From Eledone cirrhosa (taxonomy: Eukaryota), in contig OZ024741.1 of assembly GCA_964016885.1 (NCBI GenBank), forward strand, positions 259,408,001 through 259,472,000: a DNA stretch of 64,000 nucleotides. The letters are read 5' to 3'. The position numbers and the translations under genes were made by a program. The stretch's first letter is position 1, and every line of letters starts with the position of its first letter. Under the pieces are notes generated by a model. It was given only the letters and a program-made list of their open reading frames with translations. It had not been told where the DNA came from and searched no databases. Shown here one piece after another: positions 25,501 to 39,100 of the stretch.

Positions 25501-28500
25501 CGTAAGCCGAAACACTCGTAAGTCGAAACACTCATAAGCCGAAACACTCGTAAGTCGGAACACTCGTAAATCAGAACACCCGCAAGTCAGAACACTCGTA
25601 AATCAGAACACTCTTAAGTCGAAACTCACGTACGCTGAAACACTCGTAAGTCGAAACACTCGTAAGTCGAAACATCCTTAAGTCGAAACACTCGTACACC
25701 GAAACACTCGTAAGTATAAACATTAGTAAGTCGAAACACTCGAAAGCCGAAACACTCGTAAGTCGAAACACCCGTAAATCGAAACACCCGTAAGTCAAAA
25801 CACTCGTATGTCGAAACACTCGTAAACCGAAACACTCGTAAGTCGGAACACTCGTAAGTCAGAACACTCGTAAGTCAGAACACTCGTAAGTCGAAACACT
25901 CATAAGTCGAAACACTCGTAAGTCGAAACACCCGTAAGTCGAAACCCCCGTAAGTCGAAACACTCGTATGTCGAATAACTCGTAAGCTGAAACACCGTAA
26001 GTCAAAACACTCGTAAGTCAAAACACTCGTAAGTCGAAACACCCATAAGCCGAAACACTCGTAAGCCAAAACATTCGTAAGTCGAAACACTCGTAAACCG
26101 AAACACTCGTAAGCCAAAACATTCGTAAGTCGAAACACTCGTAAGTCGAAACACCCATAGCCGAAACACTCGTAAGTCGGAACACACGTAAGTCAGAACA
26201 CCCGTAAGTCAGAACACTCGTAAGTCAGAACACTCGTAAGTCAGAGCACTCGTATCGAAACACTCGTATGTCAAAATACCCGTAAGTCAAAACACTCGTA
26301 AGTCGAAACACTCGTAAGCCGAAACACCGTAAGCCAAAACACTCGTAAGTCGAAACACCCGTAAGTCGGAACACTCGTAAGTCGAAACACTCGTAAGTCG
26401 AAACACTCGTAAGCCGAAACACTCGTAAGCCGAAACACTCGTAAGTCGGAACACTCGTAAGTCGGAACACTCGTAAGTCAGAACACTCGTAAGTCAGAAC
26501 ACTCGTAAGTCAGAACACTCGTAAGTCAGAATACTCGTAAGTCGAAACACCCGTAAGTCGAAACACCCGTAAGTCGAAACACTCGTATGTCGAATAACTC
26601 GTAAGCCGAAACACCGTAAGTCAAAACACTCGTAAGTCGAAACACTCGTAAGTCGAAACACCCATAAGCCGAAACACTCGTAAGCCAAAACATTCGTAAG
26701 TCGAAACACTCGTAAACCGAAACACTCGTAAGCCAAAACATTCGTAAGTCGAAACACTCGTAAGTCGAAACACCCATAGCCGAAACACTTGTAAGTCTGA
26801 ACACACGTAAGTCAGAACACCCGTAAGTCAGAACACTCGTAAGTCAGAACACTCGTAAGTCAGAACACTCGTAAGTCAGAGCACTCGTATCGAAACACTC
26901 GTATGTCAAAACACCCGTAAGTCAAAACACTCGTAAGTCGAAACACTCGTAAGCCGAAACACCGTAAGCCAAAACACTCGTAAGTCGAAACACCCGTAAG
27001 TCGGAACACTCGTAAGTCGAAACACTCGTAAGTCGAAACACTCGTAAGCCGAAACACTCGTAAGCCGAAACACTCGTAAGTCGGAACACTCGTAAGTCGG
27101 AACACTCGTAAGTCAGAACACTCGTAAGTCAGAACACTCGTAAGTCAGAACACTCGTAAGTCGAAACACTCGTATCGAAACACTCGTATGTCAAAACACC
27201 AGTAAGTCGAAACACTCGTATCGAAACACTCGTATGTCAAAACACCAGTAAGTCAAAACACTCGTAAGTCGAAACACTCGTAAGCCGAAACACCGTAAGT
27301 CGAAACACCCGTATGTCGAAACACTCGTAAGCCGAAACACTCGTAAGTCGAAACACTCGTAGTCGAAACACTCGTAAGTCGAAACACCCGTAAGTCGAAA
27401 CACTCGTAAGTCGAAACACTCGTAAGCCGAAACACTCGTAAGTCGAAACACTCATAAGCCGAAACACTCGTAAGTCGAAACACTCGTAAGTCAGAACACT
27501 CGTAGTCAGAACACTCGTAAGTCAAACCACTCGTAAGCCGAAACACTCGTAAGTCGAAACACTCGTAAGTGGAAACACTCGTAAGTCGAAAAACTCGTAA
27601 GCCGGAACACTCGTAAGTCAGAACACTCGTAAGTCAGAACACTCGTAAGTCGAAACACTCGTAAGCCGAAACACCCGTAAGTCGAAACATTCGTAAGTCG
27701 AAACACCCGTAAGTCGAAACACTCGTAAATCGAAACACTCGTAAGTCGAAACACCGTAAGTCAAAACACTCGTATGTCGAAACATCCGTAAATCAGAACA
27801 CTCCTAAGTCAAAACACTCGTAAGTCGAAACACTCGTAAGTCAAAAATACTCGTAAGTCGAAACACCCTTAAGTAAAAACACTCGTAAGTCGAAACACTC
27901 GTAAGCCGAAACACCCGTCAGTTAAAACACCCGTAAGTCGAAACACTCGTAAGTCAAAACTCTCGTACGCCGAAACACTCGTAAGTAAAAACATTAGTAA
28001 GTCGAAACACTCGTAAGCCGAAACACTCATAAGTCGAAACACTCGTAAGCCGAAACACCCGTAAGTCAAAACATTCGTAAGTCAAAACACTCGTAAGTCG
28101 AAACACCCGTAAGTCGAAACACTCGTATGTCGAAACACTCGTAAGCCGAAACACCGTAAGTAAAAACACTCGTAAGTCGAAACACCCACAAGTCGAAACA
28201 CTCGTAAGCCGAAACACTCGTAAGTCGAAACACTCATAAGCCGAAACACTCGTAAGTCGGAACACTCGTAAATCAGAACACCCGCAAGTCAGAACACTCG
28301 TATCGAAACACTCGTATGTCAAAACACCCGTAAGTCAAAACACTCGTAAGTCGAAACACTCGTAAGCCGAAACACCGTAAGTAAAAAAACTCGTAAGTCG
28401 AAATACTCGTAAGTCGAAACACTCGTAAGCCGAAACAATCGTAATTCAAAACACTCGTAAGTCGAAACACTCGTAAGCCGAAACAATCGTAAGTCGAAAC

Positions 28501-28900
28501 ACTCGTAAGCCGAAAATACTCGTAAGTCGGAACACCCGTAAGCCGAAACACTCGTATGTCGAAACACTCGTAAGCCGAAACAACATAAGTAAAAACACTC
28601 GTAAGTCGAAACACCCATAAGTCGAAACACTCGTAAGTCGAAACACTCGTAAGTCGAAACACTCATAAGCCGAAACACTCGTAAGTCGGAACACTCGTAA
28701 ATCAGAACACCCGCAAGTCAGAACACTCGTAAATCAGAACACTCTTAAGTCGAAACTCACGTACGCCGAAACACTCGTAAGTCGAAACACTCGTAAGTCG
28801 AAACATCCTTAAGTCGAAACACTCGTACACCGAAACACTCGTAAGTATAAACATTAGTAAGTCGAAACACTCGTAAGTCGAAACACTCGTAAAGCGAAAC

Positions 28901-28970
28901 GTATAAATAAATATTAATGTAATGAATTTGAAAAGCATAGAGATTTGAAACCGCGTCTATTTGTTATTTT
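28901..28970 (+). repeat. AT-rich interspersed element, allele A2 (next to a duplication breakpoint)
   Basis: AAATATT and GAATTT; lacks the usual upstream CACGCG/CACATG monomers. Confidence 0.95.
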
Positions 28971-29777
28971 CGTAAGTCGAAACACTCGTAAGCCGAAACA
29001 CTCGTGAGCCGAAACACTCGTAAGTCGGAACACTCGTAAGTCAGAACACTCGTAAGTCAGAACACTCGTAAGTTAGAACACTCGTAAGTCAGAACACTCG
29101 TAAGTCAGAACACTCGTAAGTCGAAACACTCGTATCGAAACACTCGTATGTCAAAACACCCGTAAGTCAAAACACTCGTAAGTCGAAACACTCGTAAGTC
29201 GAAACACTCGTAAGCCGAAACACTCGTAAGCCGAAACACTCGTAAGTCGGAACACTCGTAAGTCGGAACACTCGTAAGTCAGAACACTCGTAAGTCAGAA
29301 CACTCGTAAGTCAGAACACTCGTAAGTCAGAACACTCGTAAGTCGAAACACTCGTATCGAAGCACTCGTATGTCAAAACACCCGTAAGTCAAAACACTCG
29401 TAAGTCGAAACACTCGTAAGTCGAAACACTCGTATGTCGAAACATCCGTAAATCAGAACACTCGTAAGTCGAAACACTCGTAAGTCGAAACACTCGTAAG
29501 CCGAAACACTCGTAAGTCGAAGCACTCGTATCGAAACACTCGTAAGTCGAAACACCCTTAAGTCAAAACACTCGTAAGCCAAAACACTCGTAAGTCGAAA
29601 CACTCGTAAGTCGGAACACTCGTAAGTCAGAACACTCGTAAGTCAGAACACTCGTAAGTGGAAACACGCGTAAGTCGAAAGACCCGTAAGTCAAAAATCT
29701 CGTAAGTCAAAACACTCGTAAGCCGAAACACTCGTAAGTCGAAACACTCGTAAGTCGAAACATTCGTAAAGCGAAAC

Positions 29778-29847
29778 GTATAAATAAAGATTAATGTAAT
29801 GAACTTGAAAAGCATAGATATTTGAAACCGCGTCTATTTGTTATTTT
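29778..29847 (+). repeat. AT-rich interspersed element, allele B1
   Basis: GAACTT and GATATTT. Confidence 0.95.
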
Positions 29848-30608
29848 CGTAAGTCGAAACACTCGTAAGTCAGAACACTCGTAAGTCAGAACACTCTTAA
29901 GTCAGAACACTCGTATCGAAACACTCGTATGTCAAAACACCCGTAAGTCAAAACACTCGTAAGTCGAAACACTCGTAAGTCGAAACACTCGTAAGCCGAA
30001 ACACTCGTAAGCCGAAACACTCGTAAGCCGAAACACTCGTAAGTCGGAACACTCGTAAGTCAGAACACTCATAAGTCAGAACACTCGTAAGTCAGAACAC
30101 TCGTAAGTCGAAACACTCGTAAGCCGAAACACCGTAAGTCGAAACACCCGTATGTCGAAACACTCGTAAGCCGAAACACTCTTAAGTCGAAACACTCATA
30201 AGTCGAAACATTCGTAAGTCGAAACATCCGTAAATCAGAACACTCTTAAGTCGAAAGACCCGTAAGTCAAAAATCTCGTAAGTCAAAACACTCGTAAGCC
30301 GAAACACTCGTAAGTCGAAACACTCGTAAGTCGAAACACCCGTAAGTCAGAACACTCGTAAGTCAGAACACTCGTAAGTCGAAACACTCGTAAGCCGAAA
30401 CATCCGTAAGTCAAAACATCCGTAAGTCAAAACATTCGTAAGTCGAAACACCCGTAGTCGAAACACTCGCAAGTCGAAACACTCGTAAGTCGAAACACGC
30501 GTAAGTCGAAACACATGTAAGTCAAAACACTCGTAAGTCAAAACACTCGTAAGCCGAAACACTCGTAAGTCGAAACACTCGTAAGTCGAAACACTCGTAA
30601 AGCGAAAC

Positions 30609-30678
30609 GTATAAATAAATATTAATGTAATGAATTTGAAAAGCATAGAGATTTGAAACCGCGTCTATTTGTTATTTT
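30609..30678 (+). repeat. AT-rich interspersed element, allele A2
   Basis: AAATATT and GAATTT. Confidence 0.95.
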
Positions 30679-31485
30679 CGTAAGTCGAAACACTCGTAAG
30701 CCGAAACACTCGTGAGCCGAAACACTCGTAAGTCGGAACACTCGTAAGTCAGAACACTCGTAAGTCAGAACACTCGTAAGTTAGAACACTCGTAAGTCAG
30801 AACACTCGTAAGTCAGAACACTCGTAAGTCGAAACACTCGTATCGAAACACTCGTATGTCAAAACACCCGTAAGTCAAAACACTCGTAAGTCGAAACACT
30901 CGTAAGTCGAAACACTCGTAAGCCGAAACACTCGTAAGCCGAAACACTCGTAAGTCGGAACACTCGTAAGTCGGAACACTCGTAAGTCAGAACACTCGTA
31001 AGTCAGAACACTCGTAAGTCAGAACACTCGTAAGTCAGAACACTCGTAAGTCGAAACACTCGTATCGAAGCACTCGTATGTCAAAACACCCGTAAGTCAA
31101 AACACTCGTAAGTCGAAACACTCGTAAGTCGAAACACTCGTATGTCGAAACATCCGTAAATCAGAACACTCGTAAGTCGAAACACTCGTAAGTCGAAACA
31201 CTCGTAAGCCGAAACACTCGTAAGTCGAAGCACTCGTATCGAAACACTCGTAAGTCGAAACACCCTTAAGTCAAAACACTCGTAAGCCAAAACACTCGTA
31301 AGTCGAAACACTCGTAAGTCGGAACACTCGTAAGTCAGAACACTCGTAAGTCAGAACACTCGTAAGTGGAAACACGCGTAAGTCGAAAGACCCGTAAGTC
31401 AAAAATCTCGTAAGTCAAAACACTCGTAAGCCGAAACACTCGTAAGTCGAAACACTCGTAAGTCGAAACATTCGTAAAGCGAAAC

Positions 31486-31555
31486 GTATAAATAAAGATT
31501 AATGTAATGAACTTGAAAAGCATAGATATTTGAAACCGCGTCTATTTGTTATTTT
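31486..31555 (+). repeat. AT-rich interspersed element, allele B1
   Basis: GAACTT and GATATTT. Confidence 0.95.
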
Positions 31556-32617
31556 CGTAAGTCGAAACACTCGTAAGTCAGAACACTCGTAAGTCAGAAC
31601 ACTCTTAAGTCAGAACACTCGTATCGAAACACGTATGTCAAAACACCCGTAAGTCAAAACACTCGTAAGTCGAAACACTCGTAAGTCGAAACACTCGTAA
31701 GCCGAAACAATCGTAAGTCAAAACACTCGTAAGTCGAAACACTCGTAAGTCGAAACACCCGTAAGTCGAAACACTCGTAAGTCGAAACACCCGTAAGTCG
31801 AAACATCCGTAAGTCAAAACACTCGTATGTCGAAACACTCGTAAGCCGAAACACTCGTAAGTCGGAACACTCGCAAGTCAGAACACTCGTAAGTCAGAAC
31901 ACTCGTAAGTCAGAACACTCGTAAGTCGAAACATTCGTAAGTCGAAACACCCGTAAGTCGAAACGCCCGTAAGTCAAAACACTCGTATGTCAAAACACTC
32001 GCAAGCCGAAAAACCGTAAGTCAAAACACTCGTAAGTCGAAACACTCGTAAATCGAAACACTCGTAAGCCGAAACACTCGTAAGCGAAAAAATTCGTTAG
32101 TCGAAACACTCGTAACCCGAAACACTCGTAAGTCGAAACACTCGAAAGCCGAAACACTCGTAAGTCGAAACACTCATAAGCCGAAACACTCGTAAGTCGG
32201 AACACTCGTAAGTCAGAACACCCGTAAATCAGAACACTCGTAGTCAGAACACTCGTAAGTCGAAACACTCGTAAGCCGAAACACTCGCAAGTCGAAGCAC
32301 TCGTAATCCGAAACACTCTTAAGTCGAAACACTCGTAAGTCGGAACACTCGTAAGTCAGAACACTCGTAAGTCAGAACACTCGTAAGTCGAAACACTCGT
32401 AAGCCGAAACATCCGTAAGTCAAAACATCCGTAAGTCAAAACATTCGTAAGTCGAAACACCCGTAGTCGAAACACTCGCAAGTCGAAACACTCGTAAGTC
32501 GAAACACGCGTAAGTCGAAACACATGTAAGTCAAAACACTCGTAAGTCAAAACACTCGTAAGCCGAAACACTCGTAAGTCGAAACACTCGTAAGTCGAAA
32601 CACTCGTAAAGCGAAAC

Positions 32618-32687
32618 GTATAAATAAATATTAATGTAATGAATTTGAAAAGCATAGAGATTTGAAACCGCGTCTATTTGTTATTTT
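32618..32687 (+). repeat. AT-rich interspersed element, allele A2
   Basis: AAATATT and GAATTT. Confidence 0.95.
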
Positions 32688-33149
32688 CGTAAGTCGAAAC
32701 ACTCGTAAGCCGAAACACTCGTGAGCCGAAACACTCGTAAGTCGGAACACTCGTAAGTCAGAACACTCGTAAGTCAGAACACTCGTAAGTTAGAACACTC
32801 GTAAGTCAGAACACTCGTAAGTCAGAACACTCGTAAGTCGAAACACTCGTATCGAAACACTCGTATGTCAAAACACCCGTAAGTCAAAACACTCGTAAGT
32901 CGAAACACTCGTAAGTCGAAACACTCGTAAGCCGAAACACTCGTAAGCCGAAACACTCGTAAGTCGGAACACTCGTAAGTCAGAACACTCATAAGTCAGA
33001 ACACTCGTAAGTCAGAACACTCGTAAGTCGAAACACTCGTAAGCCGAAACACCGTAAGTCGAAACACCCGTATGTCGAAACACTCGTAAGCCGAAACACT
33101 CTTAAGTCGAAACACTCATAAGCCGAAACACTCGTAAGTCGGAACACTC

Positions 33150-36100
33150 GTAAATCAGAACACCCGCAAGTCAGAACACTCGTAAATCAGAACACTCTTA
33201 AGTCGAAACTTACGTACGCCGAAACAATTGTAAGTCGAAACACTCGTAAGTCGAAACATCCTTAAGTCGAAACACTCGTACACCGAAACACTCGTAAGTA
33301 TAAACATTAGTAAGTCGAAACACTCGTATGTCGAAACACTCGTAAACCGAAACACTCGTAAGTCGGAACACTCGTAAGTCAGAACACTCGTAAGTCAGAA
33401 CACTCGTAAGTCGAAACACTCATAAGTCGAAACACCCGTAAGTCGAAACACTCGTATGTCGAATAACTCGTAAGCCGAAACACCGTAAGTCAAAACACTC
33501 GTAAGTAGAAACACTCGTAAGTCGAAACACCCATAAGCCGAAACACTCGTAAGCCAAAACATTCGTAAGTCGAAACACTCGTAAACCGAAACACTCGTAA
33601 GCCAAAACATTCGTATGTCGAAACACTCGTAAGTCGAAACACCCATAGCCGAAACACTTGTAAGTCTGAACACACGTAAGTCAGAACACCCGTAAGTCAG
33701 AACACTCGTAAGTCAGAACACTCGTAAGTCAGAACACTCGTAAGTCAGAACACTCGTAAGTCAGAGCACTCGTATCGAAACACTCGTATGTCAAAACACC
33801 CGTAAGTCAAAACACTCGTAAGTCGAAACACTCGTAAGCCGAAACACCGTAAGCCAAAACACTCGTAAGTCGAAACACCCCTAAGTCGGAACACTCGTAA
33901 GTCGAAACACTCGTAAGTCGAAACACTCGTAAGCCGAAACACTCGTAAGCCGAAACACTCGTAAGTCGGAACACTCGTAAGTCGGAACACTCGTAAGTCA
34001 GAACACTCGTAAGTCAGAACACTCGTAAGTCAGAACACTCGTAAGTCAGAACACTCGTAAGTCGAAACACTCGTATCGAAACACTCGTATGTCAAAACAC
34101 CCGTAAGTCAAAACACTCGTAAGTCGAAACACTCGTAAGTCGAAACATTCGTAAGTCGAAACATCCGTAAATCAGAACACTCTTAAGTCGAAACACTCGT
34201 AAGTCGAAACACTCGTAAGCCGAAACACTCGTAAGTCGAAGCACTCGTATCGAAACACTCGTAAGTCGAAACACCCTTAAGTCAAAACACTCGTAAGCCA
34301 AAACACTCGTAAGTCGAAACACTCGTAAGTCGGAACACTCGTAAGTCAGAACACTCGTAAGTCAGAACACTCGTAAGTGGAAACACGCGTAAGTCGAAAC
34401 ACTCATAAGTCGAAACACTCGTATGTCGAATAACTCGTAAGCCGAAACACCGTAAGTCAAAACACTCGTAAGTCGAAACACTCGTAAGTCGAAACACCCA
34501 TAAGCCGAAACACTCGTAAGCCAAAACATTCGTAAGTCGAAACACTCGTAAACCGAAACACTCGTAAGCCAAAACATTCGTATGTCGAAACACTCGTAAG
34601 TCGAAACACCCATAGCCGAAACACTCGTAAGTCTGAACACACGTAAGTCAGAACAGCCGTAAGTCAGAACACTCGTAAGTCAGAACACTCGTAAGTCAGA
34701 ACACTCGTAAGTCAGAGCACTCGTATCGAAACACTCGTATGTCAAAACACCCGTAAGTCAAAACACTCGTAAGTCGAAACACTCGTAAGTCGAAACACTC
34801 GTATGTCGAAACATCCGTAAATCAGAACACTCGTAAGTCGAAACACTCGTAAGTCGAAACACTCGTAAGCCGAAACACTCGTAAGTCGAAGCACTCGTAT
34901 CGAAACACTCGTAAGTCGAAACACCCTTAAGTCAAAACACTCGTAAGCCAAAACACTCGTAAGTCGAAACACTCGTAAGTCGGAACACTCGTAAGTCAGA
35001 ACACTCGTAAGTCAGAACACTCGTAAGTGGAAACACGCGTAAGTCGAAAGACCCGTAAGTCAAAAATCTCGTAAGTCAAAACACTCGTAAGCCGAAACAC
35101 TCGTAAGTCGAAACACTCGTAAGTCGAAACACCCGTAAGTCGGAACACTCGTAAGTCAGAATACTCGTAAGTCAAAACACTCGTAAACCGGAACACCCGT
35201 AAGGCAAAACATTCGCATGTCAAAACACTCGTAAGTCGAAACACTCGTAAGCCGAAACACTCGTAAGTCGAAACACTCGTAAGTCGAAACACTCGTAAGT
35301 CGAAACACTCGTAAGTCAGTGCACCCGTAAGTCAGAACACTCGTAGTCAGAATACTCGTAAGTCGAAACACTCGTATGTCGAAACACCCGTAAGTCGAAA
35401 CATCCGTAAGTCAAAACACTCGTATGTCGAAACACTCGTAAGCCGAAACACTCATAAGTCGAAACACTCGTAAGCCGAAACACCCGTAAGTCAAAACATT
35501 CGTAAGTCAAAACACTCGTAAGTCGAAACACCCGTAAGTCAAAACACTCGTATGTCGAAACACTCGTAAGCCGAAACAACGTAAGTAAAAACACTCGTAA
35601 GTCGAAACACCCATAAGTCGAAACACTCGTAAGCCGAAACACTCGTAAGTCGAAACACTCATAAGCCGAAACACTCGTAAGTCGGAACACTCGTAAATCA
35701 GAACACCCGCAAGTCAGAACACTCGTAAATCAGAACACTCTTAAGTCGAAACTCACGTACGCTGAAACACTCGTAAGTCGAAACACTCGTAAGTCGAAAC
35801 ACTCGAAAGCCGAAACACTCGTAAGTCGAAACACCCGTAAATCGAAACACCCGTAAGTCAAAACACTCGTATGTCGAAACACTCGTAAACCGAAACACTC
35901 GTAAGTCGGAACACTCGTAAGTCAGAACACTCGTAAGTCAGAACACTCGTAAGTCGAAACACTCATAAGTCGAAACACTCGTAAGTCGAAACACCCGTAA
36001 GTCGAAACCCCCGTAAGTCGAAACACTCGTATGTCGAATAACTCGTAAGCTGAAACACCGTAAGTCAAAACACTCGTAAGTCAAAACACTCGTAAGTCGA

Positions 36101-39100
36101 AACACCCATAAGCCGAAACACTCGTAAGCCAAAACATTCGTAAGTCGAAACACTCGTAAACCGAAACACTCGTAAGCCAAAACATTCGTAAGTCGAAACA
36201 CTCGTAAGTCGAAACACCCATAGCCGAAACACTCGTAAGTCGGAACACACGTAAGTCAGAACACCCGTAAGTCAGAACACTCGTAAGTCAGAACACTCGT
36301 AAGTCAGAGCACTCGTATCGAAACACTCGTATGTCAAAATACCCGTAAGTCAAAACACTCGTAAGTCGAAACACTCGTAAGCCGAAACACCGTAAGCCAA
36401 AACACTCGTAAGTCGAAACACCCGTAAGTCGGAACACTCGTAAGTCGAAACACTCGTAAGTCGAAACACTCGTAAGCCGAAACACTCGTAAGCCGAAACA
36501 CTCGTAAGTCGGAACACTCGTAAGTCGGAACACTCGTAAGTCAGAACACTCGTAAGTCAGAACACTCGTAAGTCAGAACACTCGTAAGTCAGAATACTCG
36601 TAAGTCGAAACACCCGTAAGTCGAAACACCCGTAAGTCGAAACACTCGTATGTCGAATAACTCGTAAGCCGAAACACCGTAAGTCAAAACACTCGTAAGT
36701 CGAAACACTCGTAAGTCGAAACACCCATAAGCCGAAACACTCGTAAGCCAAAACATTCGTAAGTCGAAACACTCGTAAACCGAAACACTCGTAAGCCAAA
36801 ACATTCGTAAGTCGAAACACTCGTAAGTCGAAACACCCATAGCCGAAACACTTGTAAGTCTGAACACACGTAAGTCAGAACACCCGTAAGTCAGAACACT
36901 CGTAAGTCAGAACACTCGTAAGTCAGAACACTCGTAAGTCAGAGCACTCGTATCGAAACACTCGTATGTCAAAACACCCGTAAGTCAAAACACTCGTAAG
37001 TCGAAACACTCGTAAGCCGAAACACCGTAAGCCAAAACACTCGTAAGTCGAAACACCCGTAAGTCGGAACACTCGTAAGTCGAAACACTCGTAAGTCGAA
37101 ACACTCGTAAGCCGAAACACTCGTAAGCCGAAACACTCGTAAGTCGGAACACTCGTAAGTCGGAACACTCGTAAGTCAGAACACTCGTAAGTCAGAACAC
37201 TCGTAAGTCAGAACACTCGTAAGTCAGAACACTCGTAAGTCGAAACACTCGTATCGAAACACTCGTATGTCAAAACACCAGTAAGTCGAAACACTCGTAT
37301 CGAAACACTCGTATGTCAAAACACCAGTAAGTCAAAACACTCGTAAGTCGAAACACTCGTAAGCCGAAACACCGTAAGTCGAAACACCCGTATGTCGAAA
37401 CACTCGTAAGCCGAAACACTCGTAAGTCGAAACACTCGTAGTCGAAACACTCGTAAGTCGAAACACCCGTAAGTCGAAACACTCGTAAGTCGAAACACTC
37501 GTAAGCCGAAACACTCGTAAGTCGAAACACTCATAAGCCGAAACACTCGTAAGTCGAAACACTCGTAAGTCAGAACACTCGTAGTCAGAACACTCGTAAG
37601 TCAAACCACTCGTAAGCCGAAACACTCGTAAGTCGAAACACTCGTAAGTGGAAACACTCGTAAGTCGAAAAACTCGTAAGCCGGAACACTCGTAAGTCAG
37701 AACACTCGTAAGTCAGAACACTCGTAAGTCGAAACACTCGTAAGCCGAAACACCCGTAAGTCGAAACATTCGTAAGTCGAAACACCCGTAAGTCGAAACA
37801 CTCGTAAGTCGAAACACTCGTAAGTCGAAACACCGTAAGTCAAAACACTCGTATGTCGAAACATCCGTAAATCAGAACACTCCTAAGTCAAAACACTCGT
37901 AAGTCGAAACACTCGTAAGTCAAAAATACTCGTAAGTCGAAACACCCTTAAGTAAAAACACTCGTAAGTCGAAACACTCGTAAGCCGAAACACCCGTCAG
38001 TTAAAACACCCGTAAGTCGAAACACTCGTAAGTCAAAACTCTCGTACGCCGAAACACTCGTAAGTAAAAACATTAGTAAGTCGAAACACTCGTAAGCCGA
38101 AACACTCATAAGTCGAAACACTCGTAAGCCGAAACACCCGTAAGTCAAAACATTCGTAAGTCAAAACACTCGTAAGTCGAAACACCCGTAAGTCGAAACA
38201 CTCGTATGTCGAAACACTCGTAAGCCGAAACACCGTAAGTAAAAACACTCGTAAGTCGAAACACCCACAAGTCGAAACACTCGTAAGCCGAAACACTCGT
38301 AAGTCGAAACACTCATAAGCCGAAACACTCGTAAGTCGGAACACTCGTAAATCAGAACACCCGCAAGTCAGAACACTCGTATCGAAACACTCGTATGTCA
38401 AAACACCCGTAAGTCAAAACACTCGTAAGTCGAAACACTCGTAAGCCGAAACACCGTAAGTAAAAAAACTCGTAAGTCGAAATACTCGTAAGTCGAAACA
38501 CTCGTAAGCCGAAACAATCGTAATTCAAAACACTCGTAAGTCGAAACACTCGTAAGCCGAAACAATCGTAAGTCGAAACACTCGTAAGCCGAAAATACTC
38601 GTAAGTCGGAACACCCGTAAGCCGAAACACTCGTATGTCGAAACACTCGTAAGCCGAAACAACATAAGTAAAAACACTCGTAAGTCGAAACACCCATAAG
38701 TCGAAACACTCGTAAGCCGAAACACTCGTAAGTCGAAACACTCATAAGCCGAAACACTCGTAAGTCGGAACACTCGTAAATCAGAACACCCGCAAGTCAG
38801 AACACTCGTAAATCAGAACACTCTTAAGTCGAAACTCACGTACGCCGAAACACTCGTAAGTCGAAACACTCGTAAGTCGAAACATCCTTAAGTCGAAACA
38901 CTCGTACACCGAAACACTCGTAAGTATAAACATTAGTAAGTCGAAACACTCGTATGTCGAAACACTCGTAAACCGAAACACTCGTAAGTCGGAACACTCG
39001 TAAGTCAGAACACTCGTAAGTCAGAACACTCGTAATTCGAAACACTCATAAGTCGAAACACTCGTAAGTCGAAACACCCGTAAGTCGAAACACCCGTAAG

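Larger units (their letters stand above)
18650..38950 (+). repeat. Tandem duplication of a ~10.1-10.2 kb block (~18650-28870 and ~28870-38950)
   Basis: Offsets 10208 (18730/28938 to 21315/31523), then 10127 (22528/32655, 25189/35316), 10063 (25875/35938) and 10079 (27191/37270, 28702/38781). Confidence 0.92.

Noticed and set aside
325-38950. Long duplications as pure assembly artefacts
   Set aside because: Copies carry private SNPs and monomer indels (e.g. CAAAAAACTC ~8855, GTTAGAAC ~17620, TAATTCAG ~19865, the 81- and 64-bp deletions), which favours real duplications. Read-level confirmation is still needed.
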